Shown here piece by piece: positions 1-13,371 of a DNA stretch of 64,000 nucleotides (positions within the stretch are counted from its first letter, which is position 1; each line of letters begins with the position of its first letter). A program made the position numbers and the translations under genes. Source of the stretch: Eledone cirrhosa (lineage: Eukaryota); the NCBI GenBank assembly GCA_964016885.1, contig OZ024740.1:394692001-394756000 (forward strand), given 5' to 3'. The notes under the pieces are model-generated. The model did not search any database. It was not told the origin of the DNA and was given only the letters and a program-made list of their open reading frames with translations.

Positions 1-1535
1 AGAAGAAGAAGAAGAGTTTAGCTTTTACACCTACCTCCCTTCTTCTGATGACCGAATGGAAAAGCTGGCGCATTACTACTCTAACTCTTGTAATTCTTGC
101 ACTTAATTCAGCCTCCCGCCTTCCATCACTCATGAACATGGCCACATTCCTGCCATGCAGCACTCGGCAGCAAACCTATTAAGTGTTGCTGATAAATACA
201 CGCAAATATATTAATAGTATAGCAAGCATTACGTTTTAATTATCAGAAAACGTTTCCCAGTGGATAGATATGTTGCCATTCTATTATTCGTGATTGAATA
301 ATAATAATATAATAATAATATTATTAATATTCGGTTTGTTTGCAAGCAAACAGCCTCATAACACCATGTGTGTTTCCTTTTGTTCCAGCGGTAGCTGAGA
401 GAAAACAGTTGACAATTGTTTTGGTGGTGTTGCTCTTTATCGAGACTGTGTATGCTTGTCGCTGCTATTCATTCTATTGTTTCTTTCTGGAAGACTAGCA
501 ATTGCTCAGGTATATTCGTATCTTCTCACCACTTTCCCAAGTTGTCCAAAGGAATGGCAGTTTCCTTACAGTTTGGCTTCATTGTCATTGCAGGCGAACT
601 CTGAACGAAAACATCCGTTTACTCTCTGAAGATGTTAATAGTAACGTTGTTGACATTTGTGAATATACTATATCAAGAAATAACTAATGAAATCTCACCA
701 AGTATTCTATCACTTTAAAACATAAACCATAAAATGTTTGTATTGATTACTAATGATATCCAAACAATATTTTCTCTCAAAACTTTAATGGTCTATGAAA
801 TAAAAACAAAATTATGGTGTACAAATTAATTTTTAGTTACATAAAATGTTTAACTTTATGTAAACCTGAGAATATTAATATAATTTTTTCTGTTTTTATT
901 TCATTATATGAATGATCTTAATTTTGTTTCTTTTGAGGTTTTTTAGACGTGCTTTTTTATGCTGATATGTAAGGTAACAAATTGTTAGAGTTGGTAGAGC
1001 ATCGAATTGAATACATTATGGAACTTGTTCCAGTTTTCTACGCTCTGAGTTGAAATCCTACTTTGGTCATCTTGGCTTTTCCTCTTTTCAGTTGATAAAT
1101 AAGGTATCAATCCAAAGCGACAAATTTGTTGAATTGTTTGAGTCGGACTACAGAACAGATGCTTTACGCTATTTGTTTTAGCCGATACATTCTGCGTTCA
1201 TCAGCGACAACATTGGTGCCAAGCTGTATCAATCCTGCCTACTCTTTGGGCAACATTGAGGATGTGGAAGGAAATAAGAATGCTTAGGCAACCATTGATT
1301 TTCCTTGATGTAAATGTTCATCATCATAATTTCTAACTGAACATTGTTATTTTTTAATCCTTTGTGGGTGATATTCATTATCTAAACTTAGGGCTGAACA
1401 CGAACGTTTAACACTTTTGATACGAAACCGATTTAAAAGCACCTCTCATTCAATGATATAAAACTGTTTGCTTTAAGATGTTTAACTGTATGTAATACCC
1501 TTTAAGTTAGACTGCGGCCATTCAAACACTACTTG

Positions 1536-1710
1536 ATAATTGTTTCTACTTTTGGCACAAGGCCAGCAATTATCCCAGTGCATTACTGGTACTTTATTTT
1601 ATCGACCCCGTAAGGATGAAAAGCAAAGTTAACCTCGGCAAGATTTGATCTTAATTCGTAAAGAGCCATAACTCTATACAGCAGAGCATGGTGTCTGATG
1701 CTCTACCACT
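1536..1710 (-). mobile_element. tRNA-derived SINE, family 1 copy
   Basis: Reverse complement of the family consensus seen at 7210-7400 (central GCCTTTCATCCTTACGGGGTCGATAAAATAAAGTACCAG domain; 3' GCTGGCCTTGTGCCAAAAGTAGAAACAATTAT). Confidence 0.85.
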
Positions 1711-1714
1711 TAAT

Positions 1715-1908
1715 AATGATTTCTAATTTAGGTATAATGCAAGCAATTTGCGGGAAAGGAAACGTCGATAATACTCACTCCAGTACTTTACAAGTACTTT
1801 ATTTTATAGACCTCAAAAGATGAAATACAAAGTTCACATCAACGGGATTTGAACTCAGAACGTAAAAGGACAAAAACAAATAGTAACAATATTGCCAATC
1901 CAACGCCC
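1715..1908 (-). mobile_element. SINE family 1, older degenerate copy
   Basis: Degenerate match to the same consensus, including GGGATTTGAACTCAG (B box, reverse complement) and TGCCAATCCAACGCCC 5' end. Confidence 0.7.
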
Positions 1909-2029
1909 GTAAACAGTATCACACTATCTTGATAATGAGAAAGTTTGTTATTTAACTGAATCTAACCAGATTCTGGACTATTTTCATTTTTTTTTTTTAA
2001 ACCATAAGTAGTGTATTTTTGTTTGTTTA

Positions 2030-3044
2030 TCTATATATATAAAACTGTGGTTGTCTGTCTGTCTATCGATTTTTGGCACACATCTCCTCTTAGAATCTCT
2101 CACGGAATTGCACCGAAATTGCTATACTTGTACATTGAGCGCTAGCGAAGACATCGGAAAAAAGAAATTTCAAATTGACCCACCCTATGTGACGAAATCG
2201 AATATAATGTATCGATTTTTGAGCGTAAGTTATCAGTTATTTCCCTTTGTTCTGTTTACATTGAGCGTCTTACGTAAAAAATTACGCTGGCTTTCTCAGT
2301 CTTTGTTAATAAATAACCAGTGCAGTTTTTATCCCCAGCATCCTCTTTTGTTATAACATTCGGGTTATCGTTATGTTTTCTTAACTTCATAAGGCATATT
2401 GTTGGTTGAGGGAATATTAATCAAAAACACCACATGCAAGTCTGCACAGTAGACACTACAGTTTTTAAGAAACTTAACATTGTAACTTTAACACAGCTAC
2501 TGAGCGACCCCGTTTTGCTTCATTTCCATTTAAAAGCATTTTAAAACAATATTTTTACTTGAAAACAAGTCTATTTAAAGACTACGTAAAACAAGCAAAT
2601 ATTTCGTCGTTAGGCGTGCAGGCAGACAGTCGTGCAGACAGATGATATAGGCGTGCAGACAGACAGTCGTGCAGAGAGGTGATATAGGCGTGCAGACAGA
2701 CAGTCGTGCAGAGAGGTGATATAGGCGTGCAGACAGACATAACTGATAATTTGGTTACGCTAATGTTTTTCTCTGCGTTGCAGTGTTTACATTTTCGATC
2801 TTTGTTAATAAATAACCAGTGCAGTTTCTATCCCCAGCATCCTCTTTTGTTATAACATTCGGGTTATCGTTATGTTTTCTTAACTTCATAAGGCATATTG
2901 TTGGTTGAGGGAATATTAATCAAAAACACCACATGCAAGTCTGCACAGTAGACACTACAGTTTTTAAGCCAAGAAAGAAACTTAACATTGTAACTTTAAC
3001 ACAGCTACTGAGCGACCCCGAGCAACGCCGGGCTTTACTGCTAG
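2030..3044 (+). mobile_element. Non-autonomous Helitron with internal duplication and minisatellite
   Basis: A|TCTATATATATAAAA...TGTCTGTCTG 5' end; 3' hairpin CCCGAGCAACGCCGGG followed by CTAG|T at 3041-3045; internal ~210-bp direct duplication (about 2300-2511 vs 2800-3020) and 37-bp tandem repeat (2613-2738). Confidence 0.8.
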
Positions 3045-4097
3045 TTAGTAATATAGTAACGAAAGGGTTAATACTGTTTAGGATCTGCTGTTCTAAACAT
3101 TAGCCTATTATTCTCCAAGTAAATAATGTCATATTTAAATGATACAATTATCAGCATCTAACTTCATAAAGCAATACAAAAATGGTATAAAAATTGGAAT
3201 TTATTACACACCGCTCGCTCCAAACACCGATGATTATAGGGATTGTCATGATTATGGGGTTCATCTAGATGTACACGGCTGATGGAACTTGAAATGATGA
3301 GACTCGATAGATAGGCCGAAACTTTAGACACTCGACCAGCTGCATCTCTCAAATGTATACATTAATGGCAATATATAAATACAGTGCAAACCAAATCATT
3401 ACCAAAACGAGTAACAGAATAATGGAGTAAAATATTAATAAATAAACATGACATCATTAAAAAAAAAAAATCCCTCGTAAAAGCTACATAGACAAAATTT
3501 TATGGTTTTAAATAATTATGCACAAATATCCAATTACCATATTCATGGTCTGGTTGAATATAGATATTCTTACTTTTGTTGTTGTTGTTGGTGGTGGTGG
3601 TGGTGGTGGTAGTGGTGGTGGTGGTGGTGGCGGTGGTAGTTTTGGTGGTAGTGATGGTGGTGAGGTGTTGGTGTTGGTGGATGGGGTGATAGTGGCAGTT
3701 TTAATATAATTTTGAGGTGGGTAATTTACTTACTTTATGGATAGAGCAATAAAAATATTGCTTACACGTATTCATTACTATGATTTCAATGGCACAATGT
3801 CAGACGTTTTGTTTTTTAAAGGAAAGAGTCAGAGCCAAAATATAATCAATAACACTAAATAGTTTTAATATCATATTTGTCTTAAAGGGCAGTGGATTGG
3901 CAGAATCGGTGGAGTGACCAACAATATGTTATGCGGTATTTATATTTTGAGTTCATATTTCATCAAAGGTGACTTTTCTATTTATTCTTCAAAATCAATG
4001 AGTACAAGTCAAGAACTGGATCCACAGAGAGTGGAGGTGATATAAATGTATATATATATATATATATATATGTAATATATATATATATATATATATG

Positions 4098-4310
4098 TAA
4101 TTAGAAAGTGAACAACACAAAATATAATTACTCCATTACCAAAGGTTTCTGGATCCCAGACAATAATAATATACGTTTGGATAGTATATTATTATTGTTT
4201 GGGATCCAGAAACCTTTGGTAATGGAGTAGTTATATCTTGTGTTGTTCACTTTCTAATTAAATAGCTCTGTTCTATACATAGAGCACTATTTTTTCCTTC
4301 GGAATTACCT
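4098..4310. mobile_element. (TA)n-flanked fold-back element (77-bp inverted arms, 9-nt spacer, short tail)
   Basis: 4098-4174 is the near-perfect reverse complement of 4184-4260; microsatellites on both sides. Confidence 0.75.
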
Positions 4311-4325
4311 AACACACACACACAT

Positions 4326-4418
<93 letters not shown>

Positions 4419-4789
4419 GCGGGATATGAATACATTGCTTCATCTAAGTGATACCACAGACTGGTTGTAAAATGTAAGCAATCGACAGAGAAAACCGACA
4501 TAAAATGATTAATTTTTTATGAAGGGGAATAATTTGAAAAGTTTGATTAATTTGTGAATTAAAATTACTGACTAAAAGGAAACATTTTCGTGCTCTTTAA
4601 TTAACAATTGTACTAATAAGAATATAATAAATTAAAACATTTGAATATATAAAACGAATAATTTGATGTTTATTCTACCGATTGCTTACTTATTGCTTTT
4701 GCTGAATTCATCGGATAGAACTTTGTGAGCAACATATATGTATGTATGTACGTATGCATGCATATACGTATGTATTTATGTAAGTTTTA

Positions 4790-4906
4790 ATATGGAAATG
4801 GCTTCTACAGGACTAGAACTGTTTCATTCGAAGGAAATAATCAAGGCTTTCCTGATGATTTCCTTTGAATTAAACAGTTCTAGTCCTGTAAAAGCCATTT
4901 CTATAT
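4790..4906 (+). mobile_element. Palindromic HHR-bearing element, family P copy 1 (degenerate core)
   Basis: Inverted arms around CCTGATGATTTC; homologous to 8893-9092 and 35439-35632; GAAA mutated to TAAA on the + strand. Confidence 0.75.
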
Positions 4907-4911
4907 CGAAC

Positions 4912-4946
<35 letters not shown>

Positions 4947-4948
<2 letters not shown>

Positions 4949-5110
4949 GGAACGAGTAGGACCCCGACGGCTGAGCTCAGGCCGTTTCGACGATTAATTC
5001 TAGACTCAGCCGTCGGGGTCTACTCGTTCCTATTACCAACTCTACTACGCTAAGTATTGAGTACTTTGGTGCGTTATGGTCCATATGGTTCCTTACCACA
5101 TTTCCTTCGT
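4947..5110. mobile_element. (TA)n-flanked fold-back element with tail motif shared with family P
   Basis: Arms TAGGAACGAGTAG(G)ACCCCGACGGCTGAG / CTCAGCCGTCGGGGTCTACTCGTTCCTA; tail contains GCTA(A/T)GTATTGAGTAC as in the tails near 9035 and 35572. Confidence 0.65.
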
Positions 5111-5144
<34 letters not shown>

Positions 5145-5438
5145 AAAAGTAAGTCCATAGAATCATTAGATAAAATATATACAGTATTTCTTCTCCCAAT
5201 CAGCATAAATCAACCACATAAAAATCATTTAAACGAGGCTATAAGTTTAAAATATACTTATGAAGAAATAGTAGATAAATGATATAGCTTTTTATCCGCG
5301 ACTCATAGCTACAGAAAATTTACCTAGTATTGCTGATAGCCTGTAGAAATTGACTGACATATAGTTAACCATACATAATTAGGTAGAAAGTCAAAGTTAG
5401 AAGAAAAAATGTACATAAACATACCAAAATCATCAAAA

Positions 5439-5523
5439 TATCTTTACCCCCGGCGGTTTCATTCCATTTTTGGATATATCCGATCTTGGATAAATCAACG
5501 AGGCTAGAAATCATCAAGAGATA
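5439..5523 (-). ncRNA. Degenerate type I hammerhead-like motif
   Basis: Minus strand: tatctc-TTGATGA-tttcta...tggaat-GAAA-cc(gccggg)gg-TA-aagata; C3 position mutated; next to (TA)n. Confidence 0.45.
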
Positions 5524-5558
5524 ATATATGTATGTATATATATTGTATATATGTAGAC

Positions 5559-5631
<73 letters not shown>

Positions 5632-7209
5632 TTCAAAATATTAACAAAATAGATATTCCTGTGATCAAATATATTATACATATTTCAGAGGTACTGAGTT
5701 AACTTCAACAGTACGTCCTCATCAGATAAAATAAGATGATGCTTGACATACCTTGACATAGTAGATGGTTAAGATTCAGTCATGGTAGTGAGTAATATAT
5801 GACAAAATTCAATATTTATATAACTTAATATTGAGAACATGAGAAAAATATATAATACATACAATAGAGAGTGTGCATGTGAGACAGCTTAAAAAATACT
5901 TGGTATCAATATAACTGTTAAAAAAATGTTAATTACTGAAGAAAGAGGAAAGAAAGGAAAGCATAGAGGAAGAAACAGCTGATGAGATAATATAGTTAGT
6001 AGAGGCCTCGAAAATCAAAAGAGAGTTGATTACAGAGAGAGAGAGACAAAGAGGAATAACTTATGTTCAAGTTTTTAGACAATTATATATCCATATATAC
6101 AATATATATGTAAACTTGTTTGGTTGACCGTTAATATTCAAAATATTTAATTTAAGTTAGTTCAGAGTAATGAATAATATTTTAGGTTTTAAAAGTTAAT
6201 AGGTATACAGTATACTATCAAATTTAATTTCCAAAATCAAATTTTATGAAATCAAATTTAAAGGATTTACAAATACGAGAAAAAAAACATTATGTTTTTA
6301 CAATCTCACGAAAGTAAACTTTACCAAAATTATTTATAATATTTACAACAGTTTATATAATATAATTTAGAAAATAATTACAGTTATAATTTTTTAAGAA
6401 TTTATGATTAACAATTTGAGTGCCTAAAGGATCAACAGGCCTTATAATTAAACTTAAAGAGGTCTGAATTTTAAATTACATATATGTGTTTATAAAAAAA
6501 AATACACGAAGATTATATTGTCTAAAGACTTAAGATGATACCTTTCAAATATACACAACATAATACAATATAGTAAATAAGTTACTGAAAATATTGTTAA
6601 AAATTAATGTTTTAGATCAATTATTGTAAAAGGATCATTTAATAGATATATACTATAAATATATAAGTCAAAACTACCTGAGTCCTAAGGATAAGGGCTA
6701 AATACAAAATAAAAGTGAAAAAATAATTGTTTGCGAAACATAAAAATGCCCAATATTAAAAATTAAAAATATAGTTTAAAATGCAAGAGGGTTTTAATAT
6801 ATAGTAGACAAAGGATACTTCTAAAATGTCCAGCGAATGTGATAGAAAGAGGAACTAAAGATTTGAAAAAGCCGAAGGTAATCTAAATTTAATTAAAATA
6901 AAGTAAATTAAATTAAGTAATAATCATCATATAATTTCGAACATCAAGGGAATATCTAACACTTATAACAATAGAGAGTCATTTGAGTATCTAAATTACT
7001 TATAAATGTAACTACGAGCATGTTATTACACTAGATAAACATATTTGTACAACTATATAGAGAGTATTATAGGTATTAGTGAAACGATATACATATAATA
7101 AATAGATAATTATAATCATTATTAGTAATGTTATAATTGTAGTTTTACCTCCAGTTCAGTGGAAAGAGAGACCAATATTTGTCGACTATTATGATTTGTT
7201 ATATTTATA

Positions 7210-7400
7210 AGGGCGGTGAATTGGCAGTATCGGTAGAGGGTTGGATGCCATGCTTTGATGCATAGAGTTACGGCCCTTGCCATTCTGAGTTCAAATCCCG
7301 CCGAGGTTAACTTTGCCTTTCATCCTTACGGGGTCGATAAAATAAAGTACCAGTAATGCACTGGGTAATTGCTGGCCTTGTGCCAAAAGTAGAAACAATT
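7210..7400 (+). mobile_element. tRNA-derived SINE family 1, full-length with 22-bp TSD
   Basis: A box TGGCAGTATCGG, B box GAGTTCAAATCC, conserved central domain; TSD ATTATGATTTGTTATATTTATA at 7188-7209 and 7398-7419. Confidence 0.92.
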
Positions 7401-7934
7401 ATGATTTGTTATATTTATACCTAGATATATATAAAAAAAATATATATGTGCAAATCTAACTTTCTGAGTCCCAAAACATACCCCAAATGAGTAAAATATA
7501 TAAATGCATGAATGATCTACGGTTCAATTATAACCGGTAATCTTACAAGTTAAATATCCAAATTATATATTTAAAACATAGACAAATATATAAAGATCCG
7601 AATCTAAATTATAAATATCTAAAATAATCCAAAGGTGTGCATATTTATCAAGAGAACAAGTTAACAAATAATATGTTTATATACCTAAACAGGATCCTTC
7701 ATTCTAACATTAATTCTATCATAAATGATTAGTAAATAAAGTATTATTAAAGTTTTATAAACTGTTATAACGTTTTAGGTCCAACAGTTGATAAGAGACG
7801 TCAAAAATTAAAACCTGTTTGTTTAGTGTTCTTTCCTGACTTTTTGCGAGGCTTAGAATGTAGATAAAGCTTTATGAAGGCAGTTTGAGAATAATTCACT
7901 TTTTTTGGTTAATTAAGTTTTCATAATTAGTAAT

Positions 7935-8016
7935 TATTAATATTATTTATATTAATATTATTTATATTAATATTATTTATATTAATATTATTTATATTAA
8001 TATTATTTATATTAAT
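7935..8016. repeat. 15-bp AT-rich tandem repeat (TATTAATATTATTTA)n, about 5 copies
   Basis: Directly visible. Confidence 0.85.
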
Positions 8017-8366
8017 CAAGTCTAAAGACTTGAACATAAGTTATTCCTCTTTGTCTCTCCCTTTGTAATCAACTCTCTTTTGATTTTCGAGGCCTCTACT
8101 AACTATATTATCTCATCAGCTGTTTCTTCCTCTATGCTTTCTTTTCTTTCCTCTTTCTTCAGTAATTAAAATTTTTTTTAACAGTTATATTGATGCCAAG
8201 TATTTTTTAAGCTGTCTCACACGCACCCTCTCTATTGTATGTATTATATATTTTTCTCATGTTCTCAATATTAAGGTATATACATATTGAATTTTGTCAT
8301 ATATTACTCACTACCATGAATGAATCTTAACCATCTACTATGTCAGGGTATGTCATGCATCATCTT

Positions 8367-8431
8367 ATTTTATCTGATGAGGACATACTGTTGAAGTTAA
8401 CTCAGTAACTCTGAAATATGTATAATAAAAT
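8367..8431 (+). ncRNA. Type I hammerhead ribozyme motif (mirror copy at about 5668-5732, minus strand)
   Basis: attttat-CTGATGA-gga..tactg..cagta..tct-GAAA-tatgta-TA-ataaaat: 7-bp stem I, intact core, near-palindromic stem III. Confidence 0.65.
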
Positions 8432-8892
8432 ATACTTGATCACAAGAATATCTATTTTGTTAATATTTTGAATTGCTTCCAATCTATTGTAAAACTCATT
8501 CTTTGATTTATTCATTGAATCTTGTTTAACTTTTAAATATATATATATATATATTAACATTGTATTATTTGCAACAAGTTTATTGATCTGATTTAACTCA
8601 CAAAATATAATGCTCTTTTGTGTTCTGGGGATAGAAGTAGGGAAGTTACTTATTAAAATGTCCGTATGCTTCATTTAAAAAGTGGTAGTTGATAGAAGAG
8701 AAAGGCAAGAGTTTGAATGTATACACACATAAGGTTGATTTATTTTATCTCTCAGAGGAATAATATAATTATATATATACTTATATATATATGTCTTGGT
8801 GTGTTCGTGTGTGAGCGTTCTAGTATACATAGATACATACACACACATATGTATACAGACACACATACAAATGTATCCTTATGTACATATTA

Positions 8893-9092
8893 AATATAAA
8901 AATGGCTTCTACATGACTAGAACTGTTTCATTCGGGAGAAATCACCAGGAAGCCCTGATGATTTCTCCCGAATGAAACCGTTCCATTCCTGTAGAAGCCA
9001 TTTCTATATTATATATTAAATATTTTCACTCTGCTATGTATTGAGTACCTTAGTTACTGTTGTTACGCCCGATTGAACCCCGGATAAACTTT
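8893..9092 (+). mobile_element. Palindromic HHR-bearing element, family P copy 2
   Basis: Inverted arms 8893-9010 plus tail CACTCTGCTATGTATTGAGTACC...; homologous to 35439-35632. Confidence 0.8.
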
Positions 9093-9129
9093 TATACACA
9101 TATATATATGTATATAAATATATGATGGT

Positions 9130-9915
9130 TTCTTTATTAGCCATACAGGACTCACATTAAGAAAACACAAAATACGTCACAAGGCTGTACTATAGGATTT
9201 TTCGTATAAAAACATATTTAACAAAAACAAACGTAAATATTCGAACACTCCTCAAACACACACAGAGCAGGCCCATTCATTCGACCATGCTCGCCACTCT
9301 CAACCACCTTTCAATGAACTGGTTGGAAGGTAGTACTTACCTCTTCACCCGTATTTTTCACGTAAAGGCAAACCTGAAAAAGTCGATCAGTACTTCAGCC
9401 AGAGGAAAGTTCTTGTCTTCAAATGTGTCCACCACAGGAGCACTTTCACCATAACTAAATAGGCAGATAAAAACTGCCTGTCCTTCCCGGCTAAAGGAAT
9501 GTGGTGGGATAATCTTCAGGATGGACTCAGCTGATAGTCAAATCCGTCCTACACGTGACATCACTAGGTCCACATAAACCCTCAAGTCTGCAATACTCGG
9601 ACACTAGCCGAGTGCGTGCAAGATGGTTTCGTTGTCCTACCCACATCTTGGAAAGGCCTGGCTGATGGCACGTCCATGCGTGTAGAGTTTATCTCTAACT
9701 GGCAATGCTTCTCAGTACAGTCAATCCATGGATTTCCGGAAGTTATCCATGGGTCCTGGACCGAATGTCCTCCGTAAAGGAATGACTAGTTGATTTTAGT
9801 CGACCCTTAGAGTCTCTCCAAAAAACGTCGTTTTTACCCACTATTAAACATATATAGAACGCCAAAGCGGAGTTTGTACCGATCGTACTGTCGTATTGGA
9901 TGAGGGCTGTGAGCG
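9130..9915 (-). pseudogene. Decayed Tx1/L1-type LINE 3' fragment (C-terminal zinc-knuckle region)
   Basis: Minus-strand translation near 9600-9660: FPRCG*DNETILHALG*CPSIADL, the CxxC..ET..H...C knuckle of L1/Tx1 ORF2, with stops. Confidence 0.6.
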
Positions 9916-9921
9916 TTTGAA

Positions 9922-10082
9922 GATAACCCAGTGTATTACTGGTACTTTACTTTATCGACCTTGTAAGGATAAAATGCAAAGCTAACCTCAACAAGATTTG
10001 AACTCAGAACGTAAAAGGCCGTATTTCAATGCGACAAAGCATGTTGTCCGACGCTATATTGATCCTGCCAATCCAACGCCCT
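9922..10082 (-). mobile_element. SINE family 1 copy
   Basis: Reverse-complement match to consensus; 3' part missing. Confidence 0.8.
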
Positions 10083-10594
10083 CAATATAAATATAATGTG
10101 AACAATTTCTGACTGAAATACGCATGCGCAACAATAAAAAAAAAAACAGAAATCCATTTCCATTTCTTCTGTCTCTTAAAGATCGAAAACAATGATGTTG
10201 TTCTTTTTGGGGGGTTTTTTTTATCCCAATAATATAGTTGTAAAATAACAAGTAATATATTGAGAGCGGATTTGGTGGACCGAAAAGTGGGAATCTCAAA
10301 CACAGAAAATAACTGTAACAATAGTCGATCGCTATAAATAGTAGCTTAGAAAATCGGATAAAATACACCCATTGCTGGTAAAAAAAAGTGTTGGTAAAAA
10401 GCGCCCTTTCAGAGAATCGAACAGCATATTTCTCGTATACCATGTACACACACACGCATAAATATAAAGGAATATTAATGAGCTTACATTTTACGAATGA
10501 ACAAAAATTGAAAAAATTTAGTAGAATAAGTTATGACTTTTTGTTAGCTTTTATAAAATGCATCAAGCGACGCAGGCTGCGATGTTTAAGAAAA

Positions 10595-10945
10595 AGTACT
10601 TCTAACTGTGTTGCAGTTTCCTTGAGCAAGACACTTTATTTCATATTGCTCCAGTTTACTCAGCTGTAGAAATGAGATGATAGGGACTGGGGTCCCTATC
10701 ATTCCATTGCAAAGTGGTCGTGGAGGTGCCATGGCAAAAAAGCACCCAGCCCACACTGTAAAGTGGACGTGTAGGCACCACGGAAAAAAAAACACCCAGC
10801 ACTCACTGTCAATGAGGTTGGTGTAAGGAAGGGCATCCAGCTGTATAAATCAAGCCAGAATCAGTCCCCGTCCCACCCTTGAAAGCAGGGAAGAGCGGAC
10901 GTAAAATGAAATGAAAATGAATGAATGATAGAGAGTAAATTCTTA
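10595..10945 (+). mobile_element. SINE family 2 (cephalopod-type, RTE-like tail)
   Basis: CCTTGAGCAAGACACTT...CTCAGCTGTAGAAATGAG segment also at 39270-39330 (minus); GGTGCC..AAAAAGCACCC..GGAAGGGCATCCAGCTG segment and CGGACGTAAAATGAAATGA tail repeated at 34318-34551. Confidence 0.7.
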
Positions 10946-12079
10946 GAAGTAAAGTTGTTCTGTTTGGCTCTTCAATTTGACTGATTGATTGAAAATTATA
11001 ACCAGAAATGTTTTATTGACTATTATAAAGCCTTAATGAAATTTTGTTGTAGTTTAGACTTGGGTATGCGCAGATCCAGCAAACCTATGTCCAAATGTTC
11101 AAAAGCGTTCAAGCTACGACAAAATATTTTAGTAATGGCTAGTTTGGCCACTAATTTTGAACGTTCAATTATTTCTACGCGAGTGTTCGACTTTGGGACA
11201 ATGCAAGAATTTATATCTTGGAATTTTCATCATCAACCTGAATGGACTATTCATCAACAGATTATAAGTCTACTCGGACAGTATTAACAATGGGCTAAAC
11301 CATAACAACGTGCTGGTAGATAATTTCATTATTTCCACAGAAAACTTTTAAATATCTCAAAATCATTCTTTTAAATCTATCAACAATTTGTAGGATATGA
11401 TAGTCAGGTCATATCATCTAAACATGGGGGCACCCATTCCAACACAAAATTGATCAGCGTTAGCAAGTAAACCTTCAGCCAGTATACATAAACCTGCAGC
11501 GGTATGCTGAATGCATGGATATTCTGCTGTCTTAATAATTACTATTCAAAATGCGTTGAGTTTTTTAAAGGTAATAGATATAAATATTAATTTTTATGGA
11601 AGAATTGTAAGTAAATTCTGAAACCGGTACCTAATTAAAATAACCATATATCAATAAAATATAGCATAAATTTCCATGCATCATTTAAAAGTTTAAGTAT
11701 ATATCATCTTTAAAACCTTAAGAAGCCATTATCACTTGCCTGCATGATTGTGTCCGTGTTTTTTTATTATTTTACTTTTTCATTATATAAAATATTAGTA
11801 TCTTTATCAGCTATATTCCAATGTAAGATATAATTTCTGCCACATTTCTTTAAAAGCTCTTCAAATATTTATGCATGCATCAACAGACCGTCATTAAAAA
11901 TAATTTCGTCTCTATGGCACCAACCAAACAATGACATACATTAACGCAGTTGTTTGCCATGAAAACCTGAGCAAAAATGTCCACTCGACTCTTTTTCTAT
12001 AATAAAGTTGAATTATTCAATGTTATAACTGATGGAGGAGAGATTAACAAAACACGTGAGTGATGGTTACGAATCATGC

Positions 12080-12360
12080 CTCTGTTTTTTTTTATTGTAC
12101 ACAAGGATTATTTTATCAATAAGCTGTTGATCGTTTGTACCACTCGTTTTGCACTTTTTTTCTCTTCCTGTAGAATTTCATTCTCCTCGAGGAACTTATA
12201 CACAATCTCCAAGAAGATTCCACTCATAAGATTCCACATTAGTGGCAAGAAAATTATGGGAATAAAATTATCAAGTACATTGCCTTTAGAAGGGTCCTTC
12301 TGGCAGAGCACAGTCGTAACCGTTGTCATGCCTATAGGTAAAGTTTTGAGGTGGGTGAAA
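12080..12360 (-). pseudogene. R4/Dong-type (RLE clade) non-LTR RT fragment
   Basis: LCQKDPSKGNVLDNFIPIIFLPLMWNLMSGI...YKFLEENEILQEEKK resembles the K.G...NYRPITCLP.MWKL.TGI...LP.EQKG block of R4-type RTs. Confidence 0.6.
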
Positions 12361-12743
12361 AAGTATAGATGATTAAAAGAGGAGCATGTTGGACAAATGG
12401 AGACCAAAGTTACAATAAGAACGGAAATTAAATTTCCATAACTTACACGGACAAAGCTCAGACGCATCTCAACCTCATCAGCTCTTATCTATCGATAGAG
12501 AAAATTTGCACAGGAAAAAATGAAATACGTAGGACGAATAAACAAGAGCATCAATTTTCTTCTACAACCACCCCCAGGGAAGTGCAATTTAGACATAAGT
12601 GTAGTGTTGCCTAATACTGAGTTCATGTTGCACGCCGGCTAAGAACAAGCCGCCGGAAAAAACCATAGAGGAAGTGTCTTTCCAGGAAACTGGACAGGAT
12701 ATATTGCAGACAAGTTGTGCAAAAAGTAATACGAGGTAGAGGG

Positions 12744-12803
<60 letters not shown>

Positions 12804-12879
12804 TTCCGTGAAAAAGGATGAGAGAGAGGGTGTGTGTGTATAAGAGAGAGGTAATCGTCGTGCTGGTAAGTAAACAATG

Positions 12880-13365
<486 letters not shown>

Positions 13366-13371
13366 ATATAA

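Larger units (their letters stand above)
5630..8472. mobile_element. Element bounded by ~450-bp inverted repeats (5630-6080 / 8020-8472) carrying HHR motifs; probable decayed Penelope-type derivative
   Basis: The two arms are reverse complements at high identity; left arm abuts (TA)n; AT-rich non-coding interior with a nested SINE. Confidence 0.7.

Noticed and set aside
40-80. CTGATGA...GAAA near the window start
   Set aside because: No convincing stem I or stem III/UH arrangement.
3270-3335. TGATGAG...CCGAAAC hammerhead-like words
   Set aside because: C3 is missing and no UH plus stem I is found; at most a highly decayed remnant.
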